This document shows, one piece after another, positions 35,995 to 58,300 of a DNA stretch of 64,000 nt. The notes under the pieces are model-generated. The model had not been told where the DNA came from, ran no database searches, and was given only the letters and a program-made list of their open reading frames with translations. The translations under genes were made by a program, and so were the position numbers. Source of the DNA: Phaeosaccion multiseriatum (lineage: Eukaryota > Protista > Ochrophyta, other classes); contig OZ218963.1 in assembly GCA_965112735.1 (NCBI GenBank), forward strand, positions 1,674,001-1,738,000, given 5' to 3'. The first letter of the stretch is position 1. Every line of letters begins with the position of its first letter.

Positions 35995-38563
35995 TTACTT
36001 TTTGATACGTTTGCCTTTGCTGCTGCTGGCTTCCTTCGCGCCCCCCTCTTCATCGACAATCGGAGCCACATCAACGGCTTTAATCCAGCGAAGGGCCGGG
36101 AGGGGCAGAAGGCTGCTCAGATTGCAAATTATCACAAGCTGCCACAAGTTGGTAAAGTCCTTTTCTGTAACGCCGAGGGCCTTGGTGAGCAGCGCGCCCA
36201 GCTCACTCCCCACGATGCCCCCCCCATTGAAGATGGACATGAGCAGTGCAAAGAGTGTGCCCTCCACCCCGGGGGGGCAGAGCCGGGCGGCCAGGACCAA
36301 GGTTGGCATGAAGGCGATTTGTCCGAGGACGGTGAGAATGACGTCATCGCCGAAGGTGAAGAGCTCATCGGGGATTCCAAGCTGGCGGTTGACGTGAGTG
36401 ATGAGCAGCAGCTGCGTCATGCCCAGCGGCACCGAGATGATGCTGCATACGTGTTACCACACGTGGGGGGGAGGGAGGCGGGCAAGAGGGGGGTCGAGGG
36501 ATGACATCGGTGACTGGGGAGGAAGCTTACGCTGATGAAGGAAGCACCTGATTCGAATGCACCCCCCTCTACCCACCACGCTACGCCCCTCTGGAGCAAA
36601 GCCCTCGTGCCAACCAACCAACCAACCAGCCAACCAGCCAACCTGCTCCAAAAGAGGATGGTGCTGATCCGGACCTCCCTTAGATACTTTTGGAAAATGG
36701 CCACTCCCACCAGGCTGGCGACGCTGCAGCCCAGCCTCACTCTACCCAAGAACTCAGGGCCCACCCCGATGTCATTGGTGATAAAGTAGAAGAAAGCGCT
36801 GTCCGATGTGGGCGTGGCCTGCCATAGGAAGATGAAGAGGGCTGGAATGTAGATCTTGGGGTCTCTGATGGCCGCAAACAGCTTTGTCGCCTGTTCCTTG
36901 ACCACTTCCACCCCCTTGTCCGCCGTGTCTAGAATGGGCTTCTCGTCGATGATGAGGGCGATACCCGTGACTAGCAAGGGCAGGATCGCAGTGAGGGCAA
37001 ACACGCCCCTCGCTGACATGCTCTCGAGCAATGCCCCACTAAAGTACGCGCTAATAATCCCCCCCACGGCGCTGTGTGTACATACACACAGACATACACA
37101 CACGCCCGGAGGGAAAGACGAAAAGATAAAAGGAGAGACGGGGGACGTGGCGGAGAGTCAAGGGGGGGGGGGGAAGGAAAGTAGCAGGAGCAGCAGCAGC
37201 AGGAGCAGCAGCAGCAGCAACAGCAGTTGGTGATACAGAAGCACTACGAAGCTCGCTATGACAAGAAAGTGTTGGGCGTTTTGATGCGTTCACCTGCTCC
37301 CCCAGCACAAGGACTGCAGCCCTCCTGCGAGGTCGGCGGATTCCGAGTCGCGTGCTTTCTCCACCACGATGGAATCCGCCACAACGTCACTCACGGCCAC
37401 CGCCAAAGACGATGCTATGCACGCACCGGTCACCTGCGGCACAGAAAGGTAAGAGACAGAGGGAGAGGGAGAGAGAGAGAGAGAGAAGAAAGAGAGGGGG
37501 GGCGAAGAGAGAAGAAGGAGTAGGACGAGGAGGGCTCAAGTGGTGGGACGAGGACCAGCGCGGACGCAGCAGCAGCTCTGGAAGATGGTATGGTATTTTT
37601 AAAAACATATTCGCTTTCGCCCCCGTCCTACTTGCGCGCATATATTCCTGACTCATTCGTGGGACATAAGATGGTGTCTGGTGCAGGAGGGTAGAGATAT
37701 GAACTAGTAAAATACGTGCGTACCTGCATAGGGGTGTTGGCAAAGCCTGCCAGATACAGCCATGCTGCTGTGCCCAGCACGCCGGATAGCACCAAGTAGG
37801 AGCGACGTCGGTAGCCGAAAATTGGCACACCATCGGACAAAAAGCCGTAAAAGGGCTTGAGCACCCAGGGCAGAGTGAAGAGACCCGTCAGCGCCGCTAC
37901 TTGCGCCGGAGGGAGGCCTAAATCATCTTTGAGAAAGTACGTTGTCGCGAGGCGGGCCAGCCCCAGTGCCCCCTGCACAAAGTACACCACGAGAATGGCG
38001 AAGATGTCTGGCGTAAGGGGGATGTCACTGATGGACAGCTGCGGGAAGCCAAAGTCCCCATCCTCTGTTCGAAATGACGACGGAACAAGAGTCATCCACG
38101 GAGGCTCCTCCTTCTCTGGGTTGGTGGTGCGCCCCCCGCGCACCATTAGCTTCCCATTTCCTTGCACGCCCATGGGCCCTGCATCAATCGAACCCAGCGG
38201 AGCGACGCTCCCCATTCCAGTGAGCCATTTGTCTGCCTCCTCTGTCGTGTCTCCTTCTGCATCGTCCACCTCGTGCTGCTGCTGGTCTTGGGAAGTGGAG
38301 GAACCCAGAGCGCCGCACAGCAGCCACTGTGCTTGCGGGGCGGAGAAGATGTCCCGGCACTGCGAGTCAGGAGCTTGCTGGCGGCCCACCCTTGATCTCC
38401 CGCTCCATCTACCGCACCTGCTGCCTCGACTGTGGGCAGAGGCACCGCTGCTGGTCAGGGGTGCTGCCAAGTATCCCTCCGCCTGGACAAGACAAGCGCT
38501 GACCAGGCACCATGCTAAATGCAATGGTCTGCCACCATTACAGTCCCCTCGCGTCCCGCTCAT
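35995..38563 (-). CDS. Folate-biopterin transporter (BT1/FBT family, MFS), probably plastid-targeted
   Basis: [62 protein letters not shown] and [23 protein letters not shown]. The N-terminus is signal-like plus transit-like. Confidence 0.93.
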
Positions 38564-38995
38564 CGACGAGGATATGAATTTGGAGGTATGAAGCTCGAAG
38601 CGTGGGAGTTGGTGCGCCACACCATTTGTGAGGATCGTTTCCGCTGTGTGTGTGCGTGTGCGTGCGTGTACGTGTGTGCGTGCGTGTGGTGGCTATTAGT
38701 GGTGGCTGCGTGTGTCCCCTTGGAGGAGCGGTACCGGTCTGCTCCTTATAGTATTATTGTTTCACTCATGAAGAGAGAGAGAGAGAGAAAAAAAAGGAGC
38801 CGATACAGTCTCCAACGAGCGCCCGTCGCCCAAAGAGACAGCAAAAAGGAGGGAAAATGAGCTGACTTAGCAGCCCCTCCACCCCCCTTCCCCTCCTTTT
38901 ACAGAGTCCCCAGCGGGCCCTCGACACACAAACACACACGCACACACAGAAACACATATACATAATGCTTAGGTTGATACGTTATTCCCCTCCTT

Positions 38996-40751
38996 CTACA
39001 GGTGTACGACTTGGTGCAGAATGGGCCGCTTGGACTTGGCCTGAAACTCCTCGATGATGTTGGCGGCATCAAGGTCCAGGTCGGAGCTCATCTCCAGCTT
39101 GGGGGGGAAAGAAAGGAAGGGAGGGGAGGGAAGAAGGGGAGGAAGGAAGGGGGAGAAGGAAGGAAGGAAGGAGGGGAAGGAAGTGGGGGGGGGGGGAGGG
39201 GAGGAAGGGAAGGAAGGGGGGGGGAGGGAAGAATGGGAGGAAGGAAGGGGGAGAAAGAACGAAGGAACGAACGCAGGGGGCCGGGAGGAGAGTAAGTAAG
39301 CGTCGAGACAAAATCTGTGGTGGACTGCGTGTGGGTTCTCCTTCTCACTCACCAGTTTGCAAAGCTCCAGAACCTCCACAGACGCCTTCTCCGCCTCCTC
39401 GGGGCTGTCGTTGACGCTCATGGCAATCAGATGAATGGCCTTAAAGTCTTCCGGCTCCCTCTGCTGCATATCCTCCACCACAAGATCGAAAATGCGATTC
39501 TCAAAGCACAAAACCACGTCAAACTCTGCCACCTCTGGCCCCGCCACATCCTGCCATCGCTCGGGAGCTCTCTTGACGCAGGCATCGCGCGCCATGAGTC
39601 GCAGCACACCTTGGTTTGTCAAGGAAAGGACGAGCGGGATGGCATGTACGTCACAAAGTGAGGAGAGTGTGACGTCACTCTTTTGGTAGATGAATGACGA
39701 GTGATGTGTGAGTCCCAGTTGGTTTGCATGCACGCAAACCTCTTGTGTGCCTGGGCACCGGTCGACTCTCCTCTCCAAGCCACAACAAAACTCTTTACGG
39801 TACCACCCCCTCTTCTTCGCCTCCCCTCCCCTCCCCTCCCCTCGATGCACCACGGCGACAGACATAAATCAATCTCTGCTCCCCATAGTCCTCACCGTTT
39901 CTCTCAAAGTACCAAGAGTCCTCTTCTTCTAACGTGTCATAAATGTCAGCATACGGTGTCCCGAAGGGAAACACCTTAGGGGTGTACTGGTCTTTGCCTG
40001 GGAGCTTGACCTGAGTCCCCACGCCGTATGATTTGCATGACATTAGAGAAGCATTCAAAACTATTTGTGCCTTTACACTTCGATTCACGTTGCTGTTAAG
40101 ACGTGCATATAGGGGGAGGAGCGAAGAATGGCATGGGTAAAGCCACAGGGAAAACAGAACAAGGGGGGGTCGTTGCGTGAGCAAGTATCCAGCATCGAAG
40201 AAAGAGCCGCCCGGCCCTTGCGTGTGGGCTTTGCAGGGATACTTGGTGGGAGATTAAACCCACTGAGAGCACCTTTCGCCCTTCAACAGGCATACACCAC
40301 CCCGCTCCACTTCCGTCCCTCCCTCCGCGCTTAACATACTCCCTGTTGTCTCTCTCCACCTTGTCCTGTACACTGCCGTCGCGGCCTCAGTAGACACACG
40401 CGCTCTTTCCCTCTCTCTCTCTATCTCTTTCTCTCTCTCTCTCTCTCACCTCGAGCACACCATGGCGTATTTGTAGCGGGAAGTGGTGGACTTGAGGCGG
40501 AGACTTCCACTGTTAATTCCCTCGGATTTTTCTCTCCAGTCAGCGTCGAATTGGATCTCAAACTTACTCCCTCGCTTCGGTTGAGTTGGTGCGGCGGCAC
40601 GTGGTGGCGGTTCTTGTTTTTCGGTGTCGTGCTTTCCCGAGGCCTCTGTATGAGATACCGCCGTTGATGCCTCTGGCGATTCGCTCCCTGCTCCGTTGCC
40701 ACCTCCCGCCTGTGGAGATACCGCAGGCCCGTCATCCCGTGGTCGCTTCAT
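38996..40751 (-). CDS. SSU72: RNA polymerase II CTD phosphatase Ssu72
   Basis: Catalytic VCS|SNVNRS (CX5R) is split by an intron. Other motifs are SYGVGTQVKLPG, FPFGTPYADIY, KRAPERWQ and FDVVLCFENRIFDLVVED. Confidence 0.92.
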
Positions 40752-40895
40752 GAGACAGCTGGGTGGGTTGTGTGTGCTCCTGCTCCTGCAGAAAGGGTCG
40801 AGGCTTCGCCGTGTGGTGGTGATACGCCAAAGCTTGAAGCAGATGGCTCGCCTGCCTGTTATATATACACAAATCACATTGAGTCGCTCTTGGAC

Positions 40896-49635
<8,740 letters not shown>

Positions 49636-49974
49636 GGATCGAGAAGGGGGGAGGTGGGTGGGGGCGTGTTCTTTGGACCGACGTGCATTTATTTTATTAG
49701 CTTGATGAATTATAAGTTGGGGATCGGTTTAGGCGATGGTCCCATGTTCAGCTCAATGAGATTCAGTAAGGTGTTGGCCCTCCCCCACTGGGGTGCAGCG
49801 TCTCCGCCTGCCTCTCTCCTCCTCCATCAACCCACTTGCTCGTAGTCAAGCCAGTCGGCGAAGATCGATGGCTCTCCACGCATCCCTTCCATCACCTCGT
49901 CGAAGAGCAGAGCATAGTTTGGATACGAACAAGGGCGGGCACCGTGCTCAACCCATTTGGATGACAGGACTCAG

Positions 49975-50592
49975 TTAGAGATTTGGCCCGGCGCCCTTGT
50001 CGCCCCACTGTGACTCATTGTCCTTGCGGCTCCTCTGGCGGGTCATCCTAGCAGTGCGCTGCGCCTCCTTCTTCTTCCTCTTCTTCTTCTCCTGGTTTGT
50101 CTCAAAGTGCGATCGCCACCTCAGGTCCATCATGTGGCCGCTTCGGTTCACGTCTCTCTTGAATCGCATCAGGGCGGACTCTAATGGCTCTCCCTCCCCA
50201 ACCTGCACCTCAACGTCAGCCGCCATCTTCAAGCTAGTCCCTGTCGAGAGGTCAAGAGGAGCCGCACGAGGGAAAAACGTGAGCGTTTCTTGTTTTTGAG
50301 CGACCCACACCAAGTACCAGCAAAAAAACACCGAGGAAACACCTTGCATCGGTAACAATAAGACAGCACATAAAAGAGGAAGACACACATGCCTTTCATT
50401 CCTCCTAATCTCTTCTCCCCTTCCCTCTATTTAGCAGCTATTTAGGAGAAGGGCTCTCTTGTACGTACCTGTTGCTGCGGCGCGTGGTGCCGCCACGGCA
50501 GAGGGGCGTACCACCGTGCAGGCCCCAGGAGCTATGAAGGCGTGGGCCGCACCCAGGCATAGGACTCCGATCGTACACGCAACAACCTTCAT
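49975..50592 (-). CDS. rps21: Nucleus-encoded plastid ribosomal protein bS21
   Basis: Exon 1 MKVVACTIGVLCLGAAHA-FIAP is a bipartite leader. Exon 2 encodes VEVQVGEGEPLESALMRFKRDVNRSGHMMDLRWRSHFETNQEKKKRK. Confidence 0.9.
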
Positions 50593-50677
50593 CTCTACTG
50601 TACACGAATTTGTTGGATTGTGCAGCGCCAGAGCCGCAGAGGCGTTCCATGGACAAGAAACCGAAACTGAAATCGAC

Positions 50678-51371
50678 ATGTGTAATTGCCTCAAGACCAT
50701 GAACATGATCCTCAACTATGTAAGTGCAGGGACCGCCCACACCACCCCGCTCTGTTGTGCGATGTGGGACTGAAGCGGAGAGGTTGTGATGGTAACAGAG
50801 AAAGCTTTTTGTTTTCATAAGCTCCTCAAACAAGTCTCTTCACCTCGCCCCTCAAACACGGCATATTTCCCCCCATGATGCTCCACTTCATGTCCACAGG
50901 TGGTGGCCACTCGGCCCTGGTCATGGACGGCTTCCGTTATTGCCGTGCTTGTGACAGCAACGCTCCTCAGCAAGGCGAATGACACGTCCTTCTTCTCGCG
51001 AGGGTTGATGGAGAGCCTCCTCATGGGCGTGGCTGTGCAGTCCTCTGCCAATCTCTTCAACGGATACTTTGACTACAAATCAGGAGTAGACACTTTACAG
51101 TCTGTAGGAGACAACTTCCTCGTCACCCGTAAAGTGACCACCAGTGGCGTGCTCACACTGGCGGTAGTCCTCATGGCCTTGGCCACTCTCACCATCATGC
51201 CCCGGATGATGGAGCTGGGTTGGGAACTGCTCGCTGTGTATGTTGTGGTGAGCCAAACAAGCAATACGGACTCTGCTGTCGCGGTCGCACACTTCCGTGC
51301 AGTGCACTCTGGGTCTTCTCCTTGACGAAAAACCTCCTTTTTTCCCCCATGCACATACCTGGGGCGCAAAA

Positions 51372-51406
<35 letters not shown>

Positions 51407-52248
51407 ATGCGTGCTGGTGCTGTTGCTGCCCTTGTTGCTGCACCTACCCTCTTTACCTCCTCGTAACGTGTAGTTGTCTTGCGTGTGCTGCCCGCCCTTC
51501 CCCGCACCCGCCCCGTCCTGTGCCTTCCCTCAGGGCATTACTCTGGCCATCTGCTACACCCTACGGGGCGTGGCACTCAAATACCGAGCGCTCGGAGACA
51601 TAACCATCTTCATCTGCTTCGGGCCTCTTCTCATGGAGTGTTCGGCCTTGCTCATTGCCGGCAAAATGTACTTTTTTCTAATGCCCTTTACACTGCCCAT
51701 CGGTCTGCTGACAGAGGCCATCCTGCACGCCAACAATAGCAGAGATATCCACCTTGATACTAAGGCTGGGATCACGACGCTGGCTTCAGTACTTGGTAAG
51801 GATGGAACGAGGAGACGGAAAGGGGTGCGGGGCTGGGTTGGTTGTGGATGCGAGAAGGGTCGCTGCCATCTTGAGCTCGCGTTGATGACTCCCATGGCAG
51901 GCAGAAACTGGTCTTCTCCTCCTTGCTGCGATGTGACTGCTCATGATGCACACCTCCCCCACACCCCTTGCTACTCTGATCCGTCCCCGTACGTACGTAC
52001 ATACATAAGGGTTCCGCAAGAGCCAACAGTTGTACCTGGTCTTGGTTGTGGGCTCGTATGTGGGGGCCCTGTACGTTGCTCTCACCAGTCCCTTCAAGGG
52101 AGCCGCGTTGGCGCTCCTGTCTCTACCGCTGGCATGGGACAACCTCAAAAGATTTCAACCAAAGCTGATGGAGGATATGGATGCCCGGACTGCACTGTTG
52201 CACATGGTCTTCGGGGTTCTCTTTTCCGTCGGTATTGCCATTTCGTAG
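50678..52248 (+). CDS. UbiA-family prenyltransferase (UBIAD1/MenA-like)
   Basis: ATRPWS, ANLFNGYFDYKSGVD, LKYRALGD and ILHANNSRDIHLDTKAGITTLA across about four exons. Confidence 0.9.
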
Positions 52249-53116
52249 CTTGAGTCTGATCCCCACATGACATCTACACCGCCGACCCATGACACGACAC
52301 GCAGCAGGAGCTTGGACTTTCCTTGGGTTGCTGCGAAGGCCGGGACCACCACCCGACTCCCGAGTTGGAAGAGGGCAGCGGGGCAAGAACACCCGTCTAT
52401 CTTCCTTCTTGAAGGGAGGGAAGGGCTGGGTGTGAAGCACTTCCTCCCCGCGCACGGCGTGGATGCAGATTTGCAGACCCAAGTCACCTACCTCCCTGCG
52501 CAACACGATCAGCACCACGTTGATAGCTCCGGTTGTAGTCCCGCGCTTTAGGCGACGCAAGCAGAGGGGGAGGGTCTTCTGAGGGACTTTCTCACTTGAC
52601 CACCGTGCGGCAAGACGTGCAGCTGAGGGGGGCAGCGGCACCCTTCTGAGTGAGAGGAGAGGCACAGAGTACGTCGTGCGGAGGGGTCCAGGGGGGTGTG
52701 GCCTGTGCGTGTCTTGGCAGCAGTGCCCGGCCCAGCCCCACTGACTGTGCTCGATGGGGGAAAAAGAGCCCTGGTCATCGAACACGCGCTCTCTCCCCCA
52801 GCAACGAGCCCTCGCGAACACTGGTGGTGGACGGAGGAGCTTCCGTTGGCCGGTTGGTTATCCACAGTTCTTCCAACAGCGCGCGTGTAGAAGGACCCTC
52901 GCAAAGGGAAACTGTTGTATGTATTCACCCCCTTGCCGTTCACGACCACCCCGGCTTGAGGCGGGCTACTATTGACTAGAAGGAATTACAAGTCAAAAAA
53001 AAAAAAAAAAAAAAAATGAAACTCATTTATTACTTTTACCACCTCCCTTCCTCATCCACTTTCCTTCCGACCCGACACTCTCGTGAGTTAAAAAAACTTT
53101 AGAGGGCTTGCAGCAA

Positions 53117-55225
53117 ATGTTGCGGGCGGTAGCCCAGGCGACGCGGCTGCTGTGTGTGCTGGCCTCGCTGCTGCTTGTCTCCCTCCTAGAATGGACTCCG
53201 ACTGTCGGAGTGCAGGCTCTTGACGGGAGCAATCCCTTTGGGCGGCAGGGCGGAGGAGGCGGCAACTTCTTCTTCTCCAACGGAGGGAGGGGAGGAGGGT
53301 GGCCAGGGGGAGGAGGCACTGCTGCTGCAGACAATGATGAGTACTACAAGGTGCTTTGGAGGTGGATGGGAGCAGTTCTGCCTCCGTTTCCATCAAATCT
53401 GACCCCGCCCGGTGTGGTACGCCCGCCACTTTGCTCTCTCCCCTCTCCGTGAAACTCCCTTGTCTCCTTCTGCTGGGGGGCGGGGAATGAATAGGTCCTG
53501 GGCGTACCCAAAGACGCCAACGAGCGGACGATTAAGCGCGCCTACCGCCGGCTTGCTGTGCAGAAACACCCGGACAAGGGCGGAGACCCCGAGGACTTTA
53601 AGAAGCTGTCGGAGGCGTATGAGGTGGGTGTGGCCAGCTATGCTTAGCCAACCCCCCTTTCCAAGGACTCCCCCTAACACCGGGGCGATTGGGATGTCGA
53701 CACCTCTCAACAGGAGGATGCAATGGTTTGAGGGGGGGGTTGGGGAAAGGGGGCGTATGGTAGTATTTAGTTGGGTGCCTCGTAGACCCCCAACCCAATC
53801 CATGCTTTTCACTTAGTGTGCCAAAACTGCGCTGCCTCCTCTTGTCTGTTCCTTCTTGCTCGAATCTTCTCTCAACCTCTTCAGGTGCTATCGGACCCCT
53901 CCAAGCGACGAGTCTACGACAGCCACGGCAAGGCTGGTCTAAACGGCGCGCAGGGGGGCATGGGGGAGGGGGGTATGCCGCCCGAAGCGGCGGAGGACCT
54001 CTTCAGCCATCTCTTTGGACAGGCTGGCATGGGCGGCATGGGGATGGGAGGGGCGAGGGCGAGGAGGGGGCCGAGGAAAGCCCGCGATGTGGCCTATCAG
54101 CTTCGGGTGTCGCTCAGGGACTTGTACACGGGAAAGACTACTCAAGTACAGCTGGTTATTGAGAAGGTGGAAAATGGGTATATCAAACGGGAACCCAAGG
54201 ACGTGGAGATACATGTGGAGCGGGGCATGGCGGCGGGAGACCGGGTTGTGCTGCACGGGGAAGCGGACAGTGGCGTGGAAGGCATCGCCCCAGGGGATCT
54301 CGTGTTTGTCCTGCAAGAAGCCGAGGACCCCACGTTTAGCAGGGTTGGGGACCATCTTGTGTGCGAGGTGGAGGTCTCACTAGTCGAGGCGCTGAGAGGC
54401 TTCTCCAAGGCCATTCGGACGGTGGATGGAAAACTCAAGAAGGTTACGATGGAGAGAGGGGCGGATGTGATTTCGCCAGGGTGCTATAGGAAAGTGCAAG
54501 GCTGGGGAATGCCTGTGAGAGGCTCCTCGGACGAGTTTGGAGGTGAGTGGGCGAGCTCAGTCAGTGCTACTGTTTTTTAGAAGGCTGTGTGTCAGTTTCC
54601 GTTTCCAGGGGGTTAGGAGCCCTGTGGACAGAGCGCCGAGGGAACGTGTTGGGGAGGAGCGTTCATTCTCCTAGTGGACCAGTATTCTGCTCTCGTGTGC
54701 TTTCCTCAGACGTCCTTTACTTCCTCCCCCCCTTCCTCCCCTCCCCTCCCCTCCCCGTGCCGAGCCTTTTCTCCCTCTACATGCCTTTCCGCGTCCCTTT
54801 TCTTCTCACACTCCCCCCCGCCCGCCCCTCTCGTACCCTCTCCTCGCGCCCCAGACCTGTACATAAAGTTCTCCGTCAGTTTCCCGTCAGTGGAAGAGCT
54901 AAACCGTGCAACAGCTTCAAAAGCTTCAGAAATAGAGCTGCTCGAGAGCGACGTAGATGCCCTCGAAGCCATGCAGTCAAGTAGCGGCAGACGCAAGGGA
55001 GCGGCGGCAAAGGGCGGCAGTAGTAGTAGTAGTAGTAGTAGTAATAGTAGTAGGAGTAACAGCGGCACCGGCAGAAAAGACGGCAAACCCGCAGGGACGA
55101 AAGCCCCGGGGCGGAAGAGCAGTTCCAATCTGCAGGCCCCCAACCCCGCGGTGCTGAGGGCCATCCGGAGCCCCCAGAGTGCAGAGCGGGAAGAGATGCC
55201 CAGCTTCTTCAGCTTCTTTCGGTGA
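53117..55225 (+). CDS. DnaJ/Hsp40 co-chaperone with N-terminal signal peptide, no zinc finger
   Basis: J domain YYK|VLGV...[31 protein letters not shown]|VLSD, a G/M-rich region, and C-terminal PGDLVFVL...[10 protein letters not shown]...GMP...[11 protein letters not shown]. Confidence 0.9.
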
Positions 55226-55320
55226 AAAAAAAATCTCTATATGCTGATGTTAGTGATTCGTTTTTCACAGATGGCTCAACGGCTTGGGACAGGGAACGAC
55301 CCAAAAAAAAGGGTTAAACA

Positions 55321-58300
55321 ATGTCAAAACCCACTCTGGACCTTGATGTTGTCGAAGACGATGCCGGAGGTGGGAGGGGAGATGGAAAAGCTTTTTCATT
55401 GTCTCGTACTGCCCCCTCTAATTGTCCTTTTCTCTCACCCTTTTGCCCAGGTCAAGCCTACTCTGGGGGAGAGATTTTCAGCGGTGCCGCCCTTGTCGCC
55501 AAAATGTCCGTCTCCGAGGGTGAAGATGCCTCTATCTCCATCATCAATCGCATGACCTCGCCGATTTGCAGGTAGAGGCTTTGCCTGGTTGATGCTTGGC
55601 ATCGGCTTAATTATATGTTCTCCGTCCGCTTCGCAGTCCCTCCCTCCTCAAAGGCAAAGGAAAAATTGACATTCTCGTCTGGGCTCTTCGCAATTTCCTC
55701 GGTGTTTCCTATTGTCCCTCGGCCTCTGCCGAATCCTTGTGTTCTCCCCATTTCCTCCCTCTCCCTTGCTCTTCCTCTTCAAGTATTTCCAGCAGAGATG
55801 GCGTGGGCTCAAGCTCAATGTGGGAAGAGGAGGAGTACCCGGAACATCAAGTCGATCAGGAAAGGAGGGTAAAGGCATTGCATAGGATAGAGACACACTT
55901 ACAATGCGGGCGGACAGGAGCTCATCTGCCCTTTCTGGCGTTGCTTCGCTTTCTGTGCCCCTCAGGTCCAGCGATGGTGGCGACGAACTCGTTCCTTGCA
56001 GGCCACCGCAGAGGTCAGCAGCAGCAGCAGCAGCAGCAACACGATACAACAAACACACTGATGCAACTCGCCGTTCTCTTGATCCATTAATTGCCTGTTT
56101 GTCTGTCTGCCAGGCTCTAGAGGGTGTGTCTTCCTCCATGAGTGTACTACTCAAGACGCTGGACTCGGCCGTCAGCGCTGCTTCATTTCCCACCTCCAGG
56201 ACCATTCTGCAGGTACGGACTGGAGTTGGGGGCTCTAGTTTCGTCCTTGTGAGGACGTGCAAGAGGGAGTGCAAGTCGGCTGCCGGCAGGGGGGACGGAA
56301 GAAATGCGTGAACCTTGTCTGAAGGCTTTGAATGTACAGTACCGACACACACAAGGTTTTTTCAGTGAGCATGGCATGCAAGCATGTCCACCCCTCTTTT
56401 CTCCTATCCTCTTCCACCGTTCCCTCTCCTCCCGCTTTTCGTCTTACATTTGCTTGCTTTACTCTCCTCAATTCTGTTGCTCTACCCCTCTCCCCTCTTC
56501 CCTCCACCCTCCCTGCTCTTTCTTCCTCATTGCTTCTCTCAGAACAAGACGTTCGAAAAGGCCGTGGCAAAGGTCCTGGCTTCCCTACCGCGGTAAGAGC
56601 CCTCTCCTCTGACCACAACGCCGGGCCGTATAATCCAATCCTATACGCGTCTGCTGCAGTCACTCCTCAGCTCATCCGTTTCAAACCTCGGAAGTACGCT
56701 CCCAATTCCTTCGGCCTTGTATCTTCCCACCGAGCTCTACCCCCCCCCCGTCTATGTTGTCACCTCATCTTCTGCGCTCAGCTCGCCGGAGTTGCAGGCC
56801 TTCCCCTACGCCGCGCGATCGACTCGAGCCTTCATCAGCGCCCTCTTCATCCAGCTTCACCCTCGTGAGGTGAGAGCCGCAAGCGACAAGGAAGCCTTGC
56901 CTTTCCTATGGGGGAATGGTCAGATGAGATGAGATTCCAAGTGGACGGACCACCGCCCCTGATTGTTCCTTACTCAGTCTATGGCTCGAGATGAACTGCG
57001 CAAAGGATTGCTCCCGATGAGACAGTGTCGAGCTTGAACTTGACTGATGTCATCCGTTTCGGTCTGCGCGCAAACGGTCGAGGGGACGCAAGAGCTCTGT
57101 GCTCTGCGTACATGAATACCAAAGGCCAACCACTAAGGAAGGGAAGGCCTCAACGCAAGGGAGTGCCGTTATACACGCGCAACTAACTGGAATTGCATCG
57201 CCCCTCCCTTGTGACTTTGTATGCCTTTTGTATGCCTTTGTACGCCTTTTGTATGCCTTTCGTATGCCTTTTCCTCAGGCGCTGGCCGAGGCCCCTGACG
57301 GAGAGTCTCTTAGTGAGGAGGACAAAGGGGACACATCCGCTGCTGGGACTCCTCTGCACGTGAGTACCGTACCGGAAAGCAAAAGCAGTTCCTCAAGAAT
57401 GCAGGCAGACATACAGGCAGGCAGACAGGCATGCAGGCGATAAGCTTCTCTCAGCCCAAGTCTGAGTGAGCACTATGCTCCCTAGAGTCCTGGAGCCCAC
57501 CACACCCATGCCTTAGCGCCTCCATAACAGAGGCCTTAGCGCCTGCTTAACAAAGGCCTCTGTTCCCTTCCTCTCTCCTTTCTCTCGTCCGTCCGTTCTC
57601 GGGCGGGTTAAATGCGGCCTGCCTCCCCCCCCCCCCGCTCGCACCCTTTTGTTGATTGCGTCCAAATCATTCACAGGAGAGCCCCCCCGCCAAGATGCTT
57701 CGGGCTGCGGCAGCACTCTTCATCAGGTGAGTTCACGATGACATGACCTCACATGACGACAAGTCGCATCAACGTCATTGCCATTGTTTTCGCACACACA
57801 CACGCACACATACCATGCGTGACACGCACACTTTCAAGAATCTATATGTACCCATTCAGTTATTTCCCTGCAAATGATTTATGTATATTAATATAGAATG
57901 TTTTTTCTTTCTTTTTTTTTAATGTATGTATGCTGACATCCTCCTGCTGCGGTGCCCCTTTCTTTCCCCACCGCAGCTCGATGAAGGCTCTCTGCGAGTA
58001 CAGCCAAAGCCACGCCAAGTCCAAGTCTTCGCCAGCGGGCCCCACGCAAGGTGTGTGTTTCTGCAGCAGGCTGGAGCAAGGCTGGAGCATGGCTGCTTCC
58101 GTCTCTTTTCCATCGCAGGAATCTCTTTTTTTTCTACTGGTGTCCGGGCTGGACGCTTCCTCTTGGAGCGACTCCGCACAGCCGATCGATAGGGGACGTG
58201 TGGTCTCTCCCCTCTCGTGCTTCCTCTCCTCAGCCTGTTCTGTCAGCACTGCTGACGTCATTTGGGTCCCCCCCTTGCCCCCCCCCCCCCCCTCCTTTCC

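Noticed and set aside
52995-53015. Poly-A run as a retroposon tail
   Set aside because: No TSD or retro-element body was found. It fits a minus-strand polypyrimidine tract equally well.
55648-56663. Minus-strand ORFs with in-frame TGA suggesting a pseudogene or readthrough
   Set aside because: The region is explained by plus-strand exons of the TCP11-family gene.
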